Origin: Candidatus Latescibacterota bacterium
GTDB lineage: Bacteria > Latescibacterota > UBA2968 > UBA8231
NCBI GenBank assembly: GCA_965206595.1
Contig: OZ242214.1
Coordinates: 4,544,001-4,608,000 of the forward strand
Reading direction: 5' to 3'
Length of the DNA stretch: 64,000 nt
How positions within the stretch are numbered: position 1 is the first letter of the stretch; each line of letters opens with the position of its first letter. Shown piece after piece: positions 10,015-20,399 of this stretch. A model generated the notes under the pieces. The model was not told the origin of the DNA. It made no database searches and saw only the letters and a program-made list of their open reading frames with translations. A program made the position numbers and the translations under genes.

Positions 10015-10857
10015 TCACACCGCCTCCTGCGGCCTTTCCCGGATATCCGTTGCTCCGAGAACTTGGCTCACCGTGCCGAACCGGAAGTCCTGCAGCAGGT
10101 TCCGCAGGCGAGAGACTGTCTGGCTCAGGCCCCGGTAATGGGGAACGCGGATACGGAGGGCCAGGTTCAAACGCGGGTGATCGGGATCGAGTTCCCACGG
10201 ATGGATATAAAACACCGCAGCCTGCCCGGATCGATTGATCCGCCGCAAGCCGAACCTCGTAAGAGTATAAGGAAATAACCGGAAATAGGCACCTCCGGCG
10301 ATCGGAATGTTGCGTCCTCCGAGGCGGTAGGTGGAGAGGGGATACTCGACCAATCCGGGGCGAATCCGATGGATTTCTCTCGGGGCTCCGGGGAAGCCGT
10401 AGCGGTAGTTGGCAACCGGAAAGAGGCTGGAATCGAAACGGATACCGCATTCGCAAAGAACCTCGAGGGCCCACTCCGATTGGGGGGTAATCGAGAAATA
10501 GGGGGCTCGGTGGCCGACGACCGGCGCCTCGGCGAGAGGTTCGAGGATGGCGATCGATCGCTTCAAATCCTCTCGGAAACGGTCCGGGGTCAGCTTGTAC
10601 ACGAACTGGTGGCCGTACCCGTGGGTGGCGATCTCGTGGCCGAGGCCCATGATCTCGCGAATCAGTCCGGGAGCCCGCTCTGCGGCGTATCCGAGGACGA
10701 AAAAGGTGGCCCGGACCCCGACTTCGTCGAGCAGACCGAGGAGCCGCCGGGTGCCGATCTCGATACGGTCCTCGTACCTTTCCCACTGGTCGCAGTCGAT
10801 CTCGAGCCCCTGGTACCAGTCCTCGAGATCGACGGTGAATGCGTTGAGCACGGTCAC
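10015..10857 (-). CDS. Polysaccharide deacetylase (NodB + DUF3473, XrtA/PEP-CTERM-associated type)
   Basis: NAFTVDLEDWY, ATFFVLG, HEIATHG, RAPYFSI, YIHPWELDP. Confidence 0.9.
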   Translation of the reverse strand: MTVLNAFTVDLEDWYQGLEIDCDQWERYEDRIEIGTRRLLGLLDEVGVRATFFVLGYAAERAPGLIREIMGLGHEIATHGYGHQFVYKLTPDRFREDLKRSIAILEPLAEAPVVGHRAPYFSITPQSEWALEVLCECGIRFDSSLFPVANYRYGFPGAPREIHRIRPGLVEYPLSTYRLGGRNIPIAGGAYFRLFPYTLTRFGLRRINRSGQAAVFYIHPWELDPDHPRLNLALRIRVPHYRGLSQTVSRLRNLLQDFRFGTVSQVLGATDIRERPQEAV

Positions 10858-11072
10858 CCTCCGCGGCCGCTGGGATGACCCGATTTCCAGTCAGGTTCCT
10901 GTGTCGAGCCGGTCGAATGCGGGAATGGCGCGGTCGGATGGGGATGTGATGCTTGGCCGCTGCTTCCTCCGGGTTCGAGTTCCGGAAGGTGCCGGGATAC
11001 TCTGAAAAAACAGCATGCCGCCGGGAAACCGTGCCTGGAGACGGAGAGAACGGACATCGGGGCGCCGCCGGT

Positions 11073-12236
11073 TTACCTACGGCGCTTGGAGACGAAACTG
11101 AGCACCGCGGCGATCACCCGGTCCTGTTGCTCTTCGCTCAGCTCGGGGTGCAGCGGCAGCACCAGAATGCGTTCCCATTCGCTTTCGGTCACCGGGAGAC
11201 GCGTGGTGTAGGGTTTGAAAATGCCCATCAGGTGGTTCGGATAGAAATGGACGTTGGAATCGATGCCCTGTTCGTCGAGGTGGCGGTAGAGTTCGTCGCG
11301 ATCCCCGACCTTGATTACGGCACTGTAGCAGGCGCTGAGGGCGTAATCCCGGTTCGGCAGCACCTCGACCCCATCGACGCCGGCGAACCCTTCGCGGTAC
11401 CGCTGAAGGAGGTTTCGGCGCCGCGCGTTCAGGGCTTCGAGCTTGTCGAGCTGCACCAGCCCTATCGCCGCGGCGAGGTCGTTCATCTCGTACTTGTACC
11501 CGATCTCCTCGACTTCGTAGATCCAGGAGCGATGCGGTTCTCCCGAACGAAAGCGCTCCCAGGTCGGCCTGGAAATGCCCGCCCAGCGCAGCTTGCGGAC
11601 CCGGTCGGCAACCGCGGGGTCGTCGGTCACGAGCATGCCGCCGTCGCCTGTAGTCAGGTTTTTCGTCGCCTGAAAGCTGAAACAGCCGATGTCCCCGAGA
11701 GCGCCGAGCATGCGCCCCTTGTAGCGGCCACCGCAACCGTGGGCGGAGTCCTCGATAACCGTGAGGCCGTGCTCGCCCGCAAGCGCCAGAATCGGGTCCA
11801 TGTCGCAAGCGTGTCCGCCGTAGTGGACGACCATGATCGCCCGCGTGGTCGGTGTGATCTTCTTGCGCAGCTCGCCGGCGGTGACGTTGAGGGTGCCGGG
11901 ATCGATGTCGCAGAACACCGGACGCCCCCCGGCGTGGAGGATGGCCTGGGTCGCGGAGACGAAGGTCATCGAGCTGGTCAACACTTCCTGCCCCTCGACC
12001 TGTGCGGCGATCATGGCCAGGTGCAGGGCCGCGGTAGCGGAGTTGAGGGATACGGCGTGGCGGACACCGAGGTAATCGGCAAAGCGCTCCTCGAACGCGA
12101 GCGTTCTGGGACCGCGTCCGATCCAGCCTCCGGCCAGAACCTCGGTTACGGCGCGGCGCTCCTCCTCTCCGAATGCCGGCTTGAACAGCCGCAAGCGTTC
12201 CCCGTACGCAGCCCTCGAAGCTTCCGATTCCGACAT
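11073..12236 (-). CDS. DegT/DnrJ/EryC1/StrS PLP-dependent sugar aminotransferase
   Basis: NSATAALH, IEDSAH, FSFQATKNLTTGDGG. Confidence 0.93.
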   Translation of the reverse strand: MSESEASRAAYGERLRLFKPAFGEEERRAVTEVLAGGWIGRGPRTLAFEERFADYLGVRHAVSLNSATAALHLAMIAAQVEGQEVLTSSMTFVSATQAILHAGGRPVFCDIDPGTLNVTAGELRKKITPTTRAIMVVHYGGHACDMDPILALAGEHGLTVIEDSAHGCGGRYKGRMLGALGDIGCFSFQATKNLTTGDGGMLVTDDPAVADRVRKLRWAGISRPTWERFRSGEPHRSWIYEVEEIGYKYEMNDLAAAIGLVQLDKLEALNARRRNLLQRYREGFAGVDGVEVLPNRDYALSACYSAVIKVGDRDELYRHLDEQGIDSNVHFYPNHLMGIFKPYTTRLPVTESEWERILVLPLHPELSEEQQDRVIAAVLSFVSKRRR

Positions 12237-12253
12237 CTAACGGTCCTTTCCGG

Positions 12254-13222
12254 TCAATCCCGGCGAGTCCCCGGTGATAGCGGCGCCCAGTAGGATCGGT
12301 CCGTCACGGTGCGCCGCAGGATCCTCCAGTACGCCCGGAGCCGCTGTGCTCCCTCGTTCCTGCGGCGAGACGACAACAAGGCGGGAACGATCCACAAGGC
12401 GGATCGCAACAGCATCTCGACCACCGTGAGCAGCCTGAGGGCGTGCAGGCGGCCCTTTCCGAAGTGTTTTTCGAACAGGTAGAACAGACTTTGCTGACTG
12501 ACAACCAGCATCTCACCGAGGTTTTTGCGGATGCTTTGGCCGTCGTGATGGACGACGCGGCTCGACGGCAGGTATACCACCGACCAGCCCTTTTTCCTCA
12601 GTCGCATACACCAGTCGAGATCCTCGAAGCACATGAAAATGTTGGGATCGAGGAATCCCGTTTGGGCGGCTGCCTCTCGGCGCACCATCAGGCAGGCCCC
12701 CGTCACCCATCCGACGCGGCGGCGCTCCCCATGGTGCCAGCGGCCCAATCTAAAAAAGGGGAACATTCTGTGCAATAACAGTTTATGCACGATTTCGGAG
12801 TGTAAGCCCGGGGTCCTTCCGCACGACAATTGCAGCGATCCGTCAGGGTAGACCAGCCGGGGGCCGACGGCTCCCGCATTGGGATCGGAGTCGAGGTAGT
12901 CGACGAGCCCTCCGAGGGCTCCGACCTCGACCGCGCTGTCGGAATTGAGCAACAGGAAGCAGCGGCCGGTGGCGCGTTCCAGTGCGAGGTTGTTGCCGCG
13001 GCTGAAGCCGAGATTCTCCGAGGAGCGAATCAGCTCGACCTGGGGAAAGCGTTCTTCCACCATGTCCGGGCTGCCGTCGCTCGAGGCGTTGTCGACAACC
13101 AGCACCTGCCATCCGGCGCTGTCCGGGTCCGCGTAGACGGAACGCAGGCAGTCCTCGAGAAGGTCTCGGGTGTTCCAGCTGACGATGCAGATGGACAGCG
13201 AAATCTCACCCGTTCCTGTCAC
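12254..13222 (-). CDS. GT2 glycosyltransferase (rhamnosyltransferase-like)
   Basis: SICIVSWNT, VDNASSDGS, LLLNSD, GACLMVR, EDLDWC; GTG start overlaps upstream TGA. Confidence 0.88.
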   Translation of the reverse strand: MTGTGEISLSICIVSWNTRDLLEDCLRSVYADPDSAGWQVLVVDNASSDGSPDMVEERFPQVELIRSSENLGFSRGNNLALERATGRCFLLLNSDSAVEVGALGGLVDYLDSDPNAGAVGPRLVYPDGSLQLSCGRTPGLHSEIVHKLLLHRMFPFFRLGRWHHGERRRVGWVTGACLMVRREAAAQTGFLDPNIFMCFEDLDWCMRLRKKGWSVVYLPSSRVVHHDGQSIRKNLGEMLVVSQQSLFYLFEKHFGKGRLHALRLLTVVEMLLRSALWIVPALLSSRRRNEGAQRLRAYWRILRRTVTDRSYWAPLSPGTRRD

Positions 13223-14538
13223 TTGAGCCCACCCGCTTCCAGGAGGCCGAGCAGCGCGGTGCGGGCCCGGCCTTCCCACAACCAGACGAAACCGTTGGCG
13301 GCAACCAGGCACGCCAGCAAGGCCGCGGTTCGCGCGGCCCCCCAGCGCTGCCAGGCGAAGTGCGCGAAGGCGGAAGCAAACAGGATAAACAACGGCTCCA
13401 GAGGCAGGCGGAAGCGCGCCGAGCCGTACAGGAGGGTCGAGAAGGTGAAGACGAAGGCGACGATGGCAGCGGCCAGCAGATCGAACCCCGGGCGTCTCCA
13501 GAACAGGAGAAAGCCCGCGGCGAACAGCGGCAGGATCACCATGAAGGAGAGGTTGTACCCGGGCTCGAAAAAGTACCAGAAACGCAGCAAACGCTCCCCC
13601 ACCCGGTGCAGGTAGAGAGCGGGGTCCCCGGAGACGAGCCGCATCCCCTGGGCGAGCCAGTAGCGGTCGCGCTCGACCTCTTCCGGAATGCGCTCGAAGG
13701 TGAGTTTCTCGATCCGCCAGCCGTCCGCCTGTTTCCAGTCCGGACTCGGTCCGTTGCTGCGGGCGAACACGAAGCCGCCGTGCGTCGATATCGGCACAAA
13801 GGCGGAGTGCACGTGGAAGTTCCGCGCCGTCCAGGGGGCCACGGTGGCGGCGATCCCGAGGGATATCCACAGGCACCGGCGCCAGCGGCCCCTGCCGGTG
13901 AACTGCGAGTGCAGCATTTCGACCGGCCACAGGACGAGGGCCACTGGTCTGGTCAGGGCCGCGAGACCGATCGCCACCCCGGTCGCCATCAGCCGCGGGC
14001 GGCCGGCATCGGCGGTGAGGCGGGTGGAGATCGACAGGTAGAGGGCCAACACCAGCAGAAACGCGAACAGCGTCTCCGTCATCACCTCGCTGGCACTCGC
14101 CACCAGCGGCATGTAGAGAGAGGCTGCCACTCCCGCTATCAGCGACGCCTGCGGGCAGATCGCCCTGGCGGTCGCGTACACGGTTACCGCCGTGCCCGCG
14201 CCGAGCAGTGACTGCGCGACTTTGACGGCGCCGTGAGAAAAACCGAAAAGACCGTACACCCCCGCCAGAAAGCCGGGGAACAGCGGGGCCCTCCATGATC
14301 TCATGTCGTAGCCGAACCAGTTTTCCCGCGCCACGAAACCTTCCCCGGCGAGCAGGTTGGCGGCGATCTCGTCGTAGTCGGGCGTGTCCTGCGCGGGTAC
14401 CTCCATGCCGAGGGAGGCGTATCCCAGCCGCATGGCCGCGGCCAGGGCGAAGAGCGCGATCCCCCATTGGCGCGGGGTCAGGCCCCGGTTCTTTTCCCGG
14501 GACACCGCCGGTCCGGAAGGCGGGTCGGGGCGGTTCAC
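13219..14538 (-). CDS. GT-C fold membrane glycosyltransferase (ArnT/PMT, GT39/83-like)
   Basis: DTPDY..IA.NL..G.G, RAPLFP, MTETLF, ALTRP, PWTARN, RFRLP; multi-TM; GTG start coupled to upstream stop. Confidence 0.8.
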   Translation of the reverse strand: MNRPDPPSGPAVSREKNRGLTPRQWGIALFALAAAMRLGYASLGMEVPAQDTPDYDEIAANLLAGEGFVARENWFGYDMRSWRAPLFPGFLAGVYGLFGFSHGAVKVAQSLLGAGTAVTVYATARAICPQASLIAGVAASLYMPLVASASEVMTETLFAFLLVLALYLSISTRLTADAGRPRLMATGVAIGLAALTRPVALVLWPVEMLHSQFTGRGRWRRCLWISLGIAATVAPWTARNFHVHSAFVPISTHGGFVFARSNGPSPDWKQADGWRIEKLTFERIPEEVERDRYWLAQGMRLVSGDPALYLHRVGERLLRFWYFFEPGYNLSFMVILPLFAAGFLLFWRRPGFDLLAAAIVAFVFTFSTLLYGSARFRLPLEPLFILFASAFAHFAWQRWGAARTAALLACLVAANGFVWLWEGRARTALLGLLEAGGLK

Positions 14539-15911
14539 CTGATTCCCAGGACGCGGTCGAAACAGGCAGCGAGCCGTCGCGTCAGCTCGCGCCGGTGAAA
14601 CGGCCTGAGCGCCGCCGGGTCGGCACCTTGGGCGGCGCCATCGCGGCACTCGCGGTATAGCCGCACCAGGGCGCCGCGGATAGCCTCTACGTCGTCCGGG
14701 GGAACGCAGATACCGGCATGCAGTCCTGTCATCATGCGAGCAACCATACCCTCCCCGCACAGGGCGAGAATGGGGCGGCCCGTCGCCGCGTACTCGAAGA
14801 ACTTGCCGGGAACGTTCGACGACGGCCACGGGCGCGCGTGATCGACGAGCAGCAGGACGTCGGCCCGGCGCTGAAGCTCGAGCGCCAACTCCCGGTCCAC
14901 CTCACCGGGAATCGCGGCCATTCCGGCGCGCAGCAGCGGCCCTGCCGCCTCCCGCTCCGGCGTGCTCAGGCTGCCGACCAGCTCGAGCCGGATGCGCCTG
15001 CGCCACTCCGCGTCCTCTTGAAGCAGGGACTCCAGGGCAGCGAACAACGCCAGCGGCGATCGCTGCGGATGGCTCCCGGAAAAACTGCCGGTGTGAAGGA
15101 CACGCATCGGACCTGGGCCGCACTCGTCCGGCGCGGTCGACCCCGGATCCTGGGTGCCCGGGGCTCCCTTGGACAGGGGCCATGCAGGCCCAGGGCTGTC
15201 CTCTCCAGTCTCCCGGGGATCGAAACCGTTGGTTATCACCTCGATTTTGCCTCCACTGTCCGGATACGCGGCGCCCAAATACTCGGCGCTGATCTCCGTC
15301 GTCGCGATTACCGCGTCGGCGGCGCTGACGACCAGTTCCTCGAGCCGGCGTTCGAGCCCGCGGCGGATCGGCCTTTCGTCGAGCCTCGGGTCAAGCGGGT
15401 CGTATATCCAGCTGTCGCGGAAATCGGCTACCCAGGGCAGGGCTGTCCACCGTTGAAGAAACAGGCCGGCCAGGTGGGCGCTTGCCGGCGGCGACGTCGT
15501 GTAGATCAGGTCGACCTCGTGCCGGCGCAGGTAGCGGAGTGCCTTTACGGCCGCGGCCGGAGCCCAGGTGATCTGGCCATCGGGAACCAGCAGCCGGCGT
15601 CCCAGCAGCCGAATGGCGTCTGTCAGGGGGGATCGGGTCCTCGCCGTCGATGGCGGAGGTTGGCCGCCGGTGCCGCGGTTGAAAAGAAACCGGTAGGCGT
15701 GGAGCGGTTCCCAGGCCCGCAACGTCCCGTCCTCCCTATCCGGGCGGCCGAAAGCGGTGGTAGTGAGCACTACCGGCCTGTACCCGAATTCCGGCAGGTA
15801 TCGGGTGAATTTGAGAGTGCGTTCGACGCCCCCCGACCTGATCGGGGGATAGTGGTAGGCGACAAAGAGAACGGTTCTCGCGGCGGGAACTCTCTCCTGC
15901 CGATCGGTCAT
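14535..15911 (-). CDS. GT4 glycosyltransferase
   Basis: AYHYPP..SGGVER, TTSPP, WVADFRDSW, PGKFFEY. Confidence 0.88.
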   Translation of the reverse strand: MTDRQERVPAARTVLFVAYHYPPIRSGGVERTLKFTRYLPEFGYRPVVLTTTAFGRPDREDGTLRAWEPLHAYRFLFNRGTGGQPPPSTARTRSPLTDAIRLLGRRLLVPDGQITWAPAAAVKALRYLRRHEVDLIYTTSPPASAHLAGLFLQRWTALPWVADFRDSWIYDPLDPRLDERPIRRGLERRLEELVVSAADAVIATTEISAEYLGAAYPDSGGKIEVITNGFDPRETGEDSPGPAWPLSKGAPGTQDPGSTAPDECGPGPMRVLHTGSFSGSHPQRSPLALFAALESLLQEDAEWRRRIRLELVGSLSTPEREAAGPLLRAGMAAIPGEVDRELALELQRRADVLLLVDHARPWPSSNVPGKFFEYAATGRPILALCGEGMVARMMTGLHAGICVPPDDVEAIRGALVRLYRECRDGAAQGADPAALRPFHRRELTRRLAACFDRVLGIR

Positions 15912-16042
15912 GAATTGCTCGCTCTCGAAGGGGAACCTGCGCGAACTCCCGGAAAATGGAGAGGGAAAAAAATAAGCGGCTTAGACTTTCCAGCCTCAAG
16001 GAATCGGCGCACAGACCGATGGCCGCCCGCCGGTGATTGGGT

Positions 16043-16048
16043 TATAAT
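16043..16048 (+). promoter_or_regulatory. Candidate -10 element for the PTS IIA gene
   Basis: Perfect TATAAT about 35 nt upstream of the ATG in a divergent intergenic region; no clear -35. Confidence 0.4.
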
Positions 16049-16082
16049 TTGGTAACCTCGTTTTGCAGGAGTCGAGCCGAAA

Positions 16083-16556
16083 ATGACCTTGCTGGAAATC
16101 CTGTCTTCCGAGACCATGATCGTCGGTCTCAAAGGCAACAGCAAAGAAGAAATCATCGAGGAACTGGTCGATTGTCTCGATGCCGGTGATGCGATCTCTG
16201 ATCGCGACAAGGTGTTGCAGGCGGTAGTCGAGCGCGAAAAAATCATGAGTACGGGGATAGGCGACGGGATCGCCATCCCCCACGGGAAGTCGGATGCCGT
16301 TCAACGGCTCGTCGCTGCTTTGGGAACCCATCGGCGTGGCGTCGATTTCGAGGCCCTCGACGGCGAGCCGGCCTTCGTGTTCTTCCTGCTGGTCTCACCC
16401 GCCAACGTCTCCGGTCCGCACATCAAGGCGCTGGCGCGCATCTCCCGGCTGCTGAAAAACGACGAGTTCAAGAAGAGCTTGACCGAGGCTTCGACACCCG
16501 CAGAGGTGCTCGAAGCGATTGCAGAAGAAGAGAAGCAGTACCCTGCTTCCGGATAG
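16083..16556 (+). CDS. PTS IIA component, fructose/nitrogen-regulatory (PtsN-like)
   Basis: EREKIMSTGIGDGIAIPH phospho-His motif; HIKALARISRLL. Confidence 0.9.
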   Translation: MTLLEILSSETMIVGLKGNSKEEIIEELVDCLDAGDAISDRDKVLQAVVEREKIMSTGIGDGIAIPHGKSDAVQRLVAALGTHRRGVDFEALDGEPAFVFFLLVSPANVSGPHIKALARISRLLKNDEFKKSLTEASTPAEVLEAIAEEEKQYPASG

Positions 16557-16646
16557 CTCCGCCCGGGAGACCGCAGCCCGCCGCGGCCCCGGATCCCCTC
16601 CCTTTCCCGCTTCCAGCAGTACAAGGATCCCCGCCGGTCGGGTGCC

Positions 16647-18713
16647 GTGCAGTTCCTCAATCCCGCGGCGCTGATCGCACTGGCGGCCGCGGCAGTTCCC
16701 CTGGCCGTTCACCTGCTGCATCGCGGCAGTTCCGAGCCCCTTCCGTTTAGCAACCTCCGTTTCCTGCGCCACCTGCACCAGAGCCGGATGCGCAGCATCC
16801 GCCTGCGCCAGTGGCTGGTTCTCCTGCTGCGCACTCTCGCTGTGGCCGCACTCGTCCTCGCCTTCGCGCGTCCTGCCTTGCGCGGCGGAGAGGGGGGATG
16901 GTTCGGCCGGCCGGCCCCGGTGGCTGCGGCGATCCTGCTCGACGTCTCGTACAGCACGGGATACCGGCCGGGATCGGTGCGCAACTTCGATCGCCTGCGG
17001 TCCCAGGCGATCGACCTGCTGGAGCTGTTTACCCCCGGGGACGAGGTTGGCGTCATTCCATTCGCCTCCGAGGTGGCCCCGATCGACGGGGAGCTGCCGC
17101 AGGCGCTGCGGGAGCTTGCGGTGCGCCAGGAAGGGACCGACATCGAGGCGGCGCTGCGCGCCGCCGAGCGCCACTTCGAGGAGGCCGGCCTGCAGCGAGA
17201 GCTCTTCATCTGTTCCGATCTCGCGGTCCCGGGCTGGCTGGAGGTCACCGCCAGACGGTCCGCGGAATGGTCGCAAACCGCGATTTACACCACCGATCTC
17301 CAGCTCTCCGGCCGCGGCAATCGCTATCTCTCGGCCGTGGACGCCGGCATCTGGCTGGCCGCTCCGGGCGGCGGATGGCGGATCCGGGCGGAGGTGATCA
17401 ACGCCTCGGAAAACCACTCGGAGGAATTGAGCGCCGACCTTTTCATCGACGGGGAGAGGGTGCAACGGCGCGCGGTCGAGCTTCAACCCGGCGAGCGCTC
17501 CGAGCTGGAGTTCTCAACCACTCCCCGCCGCGACGGTTTCACGAGCGGCTACGTAGAAATCGAAGAGGATGCCTTGACGCTCGACGACAGGCGCTACTTC
17601 ACCGCCTTCATACCGCGGCATGTCCGCGTGGTGGTGGCTGGCGATCCCGGAGATCTCTACTTCCCGCAGCAGGCGCTGGCAGCCGCCGCCACTGGCGATC
17701 CCAGCCTGGAGCTCGACAGCATTTCCCCCGGTTCTCTCGGTTCCGGGGTTCTGGACGAGGCCGGGGTGCTGATCCTGTGCAACGTCTCGCGGCTCGGCAG
17801 CGAGCAGATCGGGGCCGTTCGCGATTTCGCGGCGCGGGGAGGGGGGGTCGTTGTATTTCCCGGCCCGGACGCCGACATCAGCTACCTCAACCGCCATCTC
17901 CTTTCCACCTTGATTCCGGCCTCGATCGTGAAAGCGGTCGGGCGCCCGGGGCCCGCGGGCCGGAGACCGGCTTCCTTCCTCCGGCTCGATCCCGCGGCCT
18001 CGGATGAGGTCCTGCTCGAGGGTCTGACCGAGGCTGCTGCCAGGCCTCGTTTCTTCGCCGCCTTCTCTCTGATGACCAACCCCGGCGTTTCGGCGCTGCT
18101 CTCTTTCGGGGATGGCTCCCCGGCCGCGGCCATGGCCTGGCGCCGGATGGGGCGCGTCGTCCTGTTCGCGGTCCCGCTGTCGCTCGAGTGGAGCGAGCTG
18201 CCGTCGAGCGCGCTGTTCGCCCCGTTGCTTCAGCGTCTCTGCCGGCTGCTGGGCACTCCCTCGCAGGGCGGACGCGGTTACCTGGTCGGTCAGACGGTTC
18301 GCCGCCGTCTCCTCGGGGTAGTTCCCGGCGACCGTGTCGAGGTCCGGACTCCGAGCGGCCGGCGCTACTTCCAGTCGGCCGAGGCGAACTCCGAGGGGAC
18401 CTTCTGGACCGGGCGTCCTGCCGAAGCGGGGGTGTGGCGTCTCGAAAAAGGGGGCGAGGTCGTCGACCGCTTCGCCGTCAATGTCGACACCCGCGAGTCG
18501 AATCTGGAGGAGGTCTCTCCCGGCCAGCTCGAGCGCATCTTCGGCCCGGCGCGGGTCGTGCCGCTAGCGTCGGACGCGGACCTGCGCGAACAGGTTCTTG
18601 TTCGGCGTTATGGCCGCGAACTGTGGCGGGAGTTCCTGCTCGCCGCCCTGGCGCTCCTGCTTGCGGAATCCTGGCTCGCGCGAGCGCCCCCGATCGGCAA
18701 GCCAGACGGCTGA
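16647..18713 (+). CDS. BatA-domain/vWA membrane protein
   Basis: MQFLNP..L..HL N-terminus, LLRTL..LAFARP, LLDVSYST MIDAS-like motif, C-terminal TM. Confidence 0.85.
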   Translation: MQFLNPAALIALAAAAVPLAVHLLHRGSSEPLPFSNLRFLRHLHQSRMRSIRLRQWLVLLLRTLAVAALVLAFARPALRGGEGGWFGRPAPVAAAILLDVSYSTGYRPGSVRNFDRLRSQAIDLLELFTPGDEVGVIPFASEVAPIDGELPQALRELAVRQEGTDIEAALRAAERHFEEAGLQRELFICSDLAVPGWLEVTARRSAEWSQTAIYTTDLQLSGRGNRYLSAVDAGIWLAAPGGGWRIRAEVINASENHSEELSADLFIDGERVQRRAVELQPGERSELEFSTTPRRDGFTSGYVEIEEDALTLDDRRYFTAFIPRHVRVVVAGDPGDLYFPQQALAAAATGDPSLELDSISPGSLGSGVLDEAGVLILCNVSRLGSEQIGAVRDFAARGGGVVVFPGPDADISYLNRHLLSTLIPASIVKAVGRPGPAGRRPASFLRLDPAASDEVLLEGLTEAAARPRFFAAFSLMTNPGVSALLSFGDGSPAAAMAWRRMGRVVLFAVPLSLEWSELPSSALFAPLLQRLCRLLGTPSQGGRGYLVGQTVRRRLLGVVPGDRVEVRTPSGRRYFQSAEANSEGTFWTGRPAEAGVWRLEKGGEVVDRFAVNVDTRESNLEEVSPGQLERIFGPARVVPLASDADLREQVLVRRYGRELWREFLLAALALLLAESWLARAPPIGKPDG

Positions 18714-18725
18714 GGAGGAGCCGGT

Positions 18726-19061
18726 TCAGCCGGCCTCCCGCAGCGCCTCGAAGGTGTAGATCCCGGTGTCGTGGCCGTCGGCCCAGGTGATGCGGATGCC
18801 GTAGCGGCCGACGTGCTCGAACCTCAATGCCTCGGCGGTCGCGGTCTCCGCCTCTCCCTCCAGTACCGGCAGCTCCCCGGTTGCGGACGGCTCGCTGTCC
18901 CGGCGCGCCTCCCGGCACATCGCACAGGGACAGCTGCGGCGCAGCTCGCTCAGGAGGGCCTGCGAGCTGGTTCCGTCGCTCCAGGCGATTTCCAGGTGCT
19001 CCCCTGTCAGGGTGATGGCGGTGGGTCGCGTCCTCCTCTGCCTGGCCACGGGCAGCCTCAC
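18726..19061 (-). CDS. DUF971 (GBBH-like N-terminal) protein
   Basis: WSDG, LRRSCPCAMC, VGRYGI..WADGHDTGIY. Confidence 0.88.
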   Translation of the reverse strand: MRLPVARQRRTRPTAITLTGEHLEIAWSDGTSSQALLSELRRSCPCAMCREARRDSEPSATGELPVLEGEAETATAEALRFEHVGRYGIRITWADGHDTGIYTFEALREAG

Positions 19062-20389
19062 CAGACAGGGCCGAGGGCGCGCGCAGTCAACTCGTACGGG
19101 TAGGCCCCGGTGATCTCGACTTCCGCAAAATTCCCCGGTCGCAGCTCTGTTTCGCCGGCGTCGATGCCGACGCTGCCGTCGATCTCGGGGGCGTCGCGCT
19201 GCAGGCGGCCGTTGAAATGGCCCTCTGCCTCGGCATCCCGCTCGTCGATCAGCGCGGTGTGACGGGTGCCGACGTGGCCGAGGTTGATCTCCGCGGAGAT
19301 GCGGTCCTGAAGCTCGGTCAGGCGGCGGTAGCGCTCCTCCTTCACCTCCTCGAGGACCGGCTGGTCGAGGTCCGCCCCCGCGGTTCCCTCTTCCGGCGAG
19401 TAGATGAAACAGGTCGCGTTGTCGAAGCGGCTGTCCTCGATGAATTGGAGCAGCTCCTCGAACTGGGCGTCGGTTTCGCCGGGAAAGCCGACGATGAACG
19501 ACGATCGCAGTCCAACTCCGGGCAGGCGGGTGCGCAGCTTTTCAAGCAACTCGAGGGTCTTGCGCCGGGTGGTCGCCCGCTTCATGCGCGCCAGCACCGG
19601 GTCCGAGATGTGCTGCAACGGCATGTCGATGTAGTTGCACATGACTGGCGTGGCGGCGAAAAAATCGATCAGCTCATCGCTCCAGAACGCCGGGTAGGTG
19701 TACATCAGGCGCATCCACTCGAGGCCCTCGACCGCGGCCAACTTGCGCAGCAGGGGCAGCAGCTCGAAACGGCCGTAGAGATCCTTGCCGTAGCGCACCG
19801 AGTCCTGGGAGACGAGCACCAGCTCGCGCGCACCGCCGGCGGTCAACCGCTCCGCCTCGGCCACGAGGGCTTCCACCGGCTCGCTGCGGTGTCTGCCCTT
19901 GATCAGCGGGATCGCACAGAAGGCGCACTGATGGTCGCAGCCGTCGGAGATGCGGAGATAGGCCCAGTGGCGGGGGGTCGTCTGCAGCCGCGGGGCGCTG
20001 TCGATGTAGCGCTCTCGCGCCCGCCCGAGCAAGCGGTCGACGTAGCGGGCGATCTCCTTCTCCTGGCTGAGTGTCAGGATCTCGTCCGCTTCCTCGGCGA
20101 GTTCCCTGCGCAAATCAGGGCGGTAACGCTCGGCGAGGCAGCCGGTGACGATGACCCCCTTGCAGACCCCGGTCTCCCTGAGCTCGTGAGCTGCGAGGAT
20201 GGCATCTATCGACTCCTCCTTGGCGGGGCCGATGAACCCGCAGGTGTTGACGATGACGACATCGGCAACCTGCGGGTCGGAGGTCGTTTCGTAGCCGTTG
20301 CCGTCGAGCAGTCCCAGCATGCGTTCGGAATCGACGGTGTTCTTGGGACACCCGAGGCTGACGAGGTGGATTTTGGCTCTGGCGGTCAT
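19058..20389 (-). CDS. rimO: Ribosomal protein S12 methylthiotransferase
   Basis: SLGCPKNTVDSE, VNTCGFI, CDHQCAFC radical-SAM motif, APEIDG TRAM domain. Confidence 0.95.
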   Translation of the reverse strand: MTARAKIHLVSLGCPKNTVDSERMLGLLDGNGYETTSDPQVADVVIVNTCGFIGPAKEESIDAILAAHELRETGVCKGVIVTGCLAERYRPDLRRELAEEADEILTLSQEKEIARYVDRLLGRARERYIDSAPRLQTTPRHWAYLRISDGCDHQCAFCAIPLIKGRHRSEPVEALVAEAERLTAGGARELVLVSQDSVRYGKDLYGRFELLPLLRKLAAVEGLEWMRLMYTYPAFWSDELIDFFAATPVMCNYIDMPLQHISDPVLARMKRATTRRKTLELLEKLRTRLPGVGLRSSFIVGFPGETDAQFEELLQFIEDSRFDNATCFIYSPEEGTAGADLDQPVLEEVKEERYRRLTELQDRISAEINLGHVGTRHTALIDERDAEAEGHFNGRLQRDAPEIDGSVGIDAGETELRPGNFAEVEITGAYPYELTARALGPVW

Positions 20390-20399
20390 GTCGTTGTAA

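Noticed and set aside
10960-10995. tRNA T-arm-like CCGGGTTCGAGTTCCGG; on the minus strand an SRP-like GGAGGAAGCAGC
   Set aside because: No D-arm, anticodon arm or acceptor stem can be built, and the SRP CAGG..GNRA helix is missing
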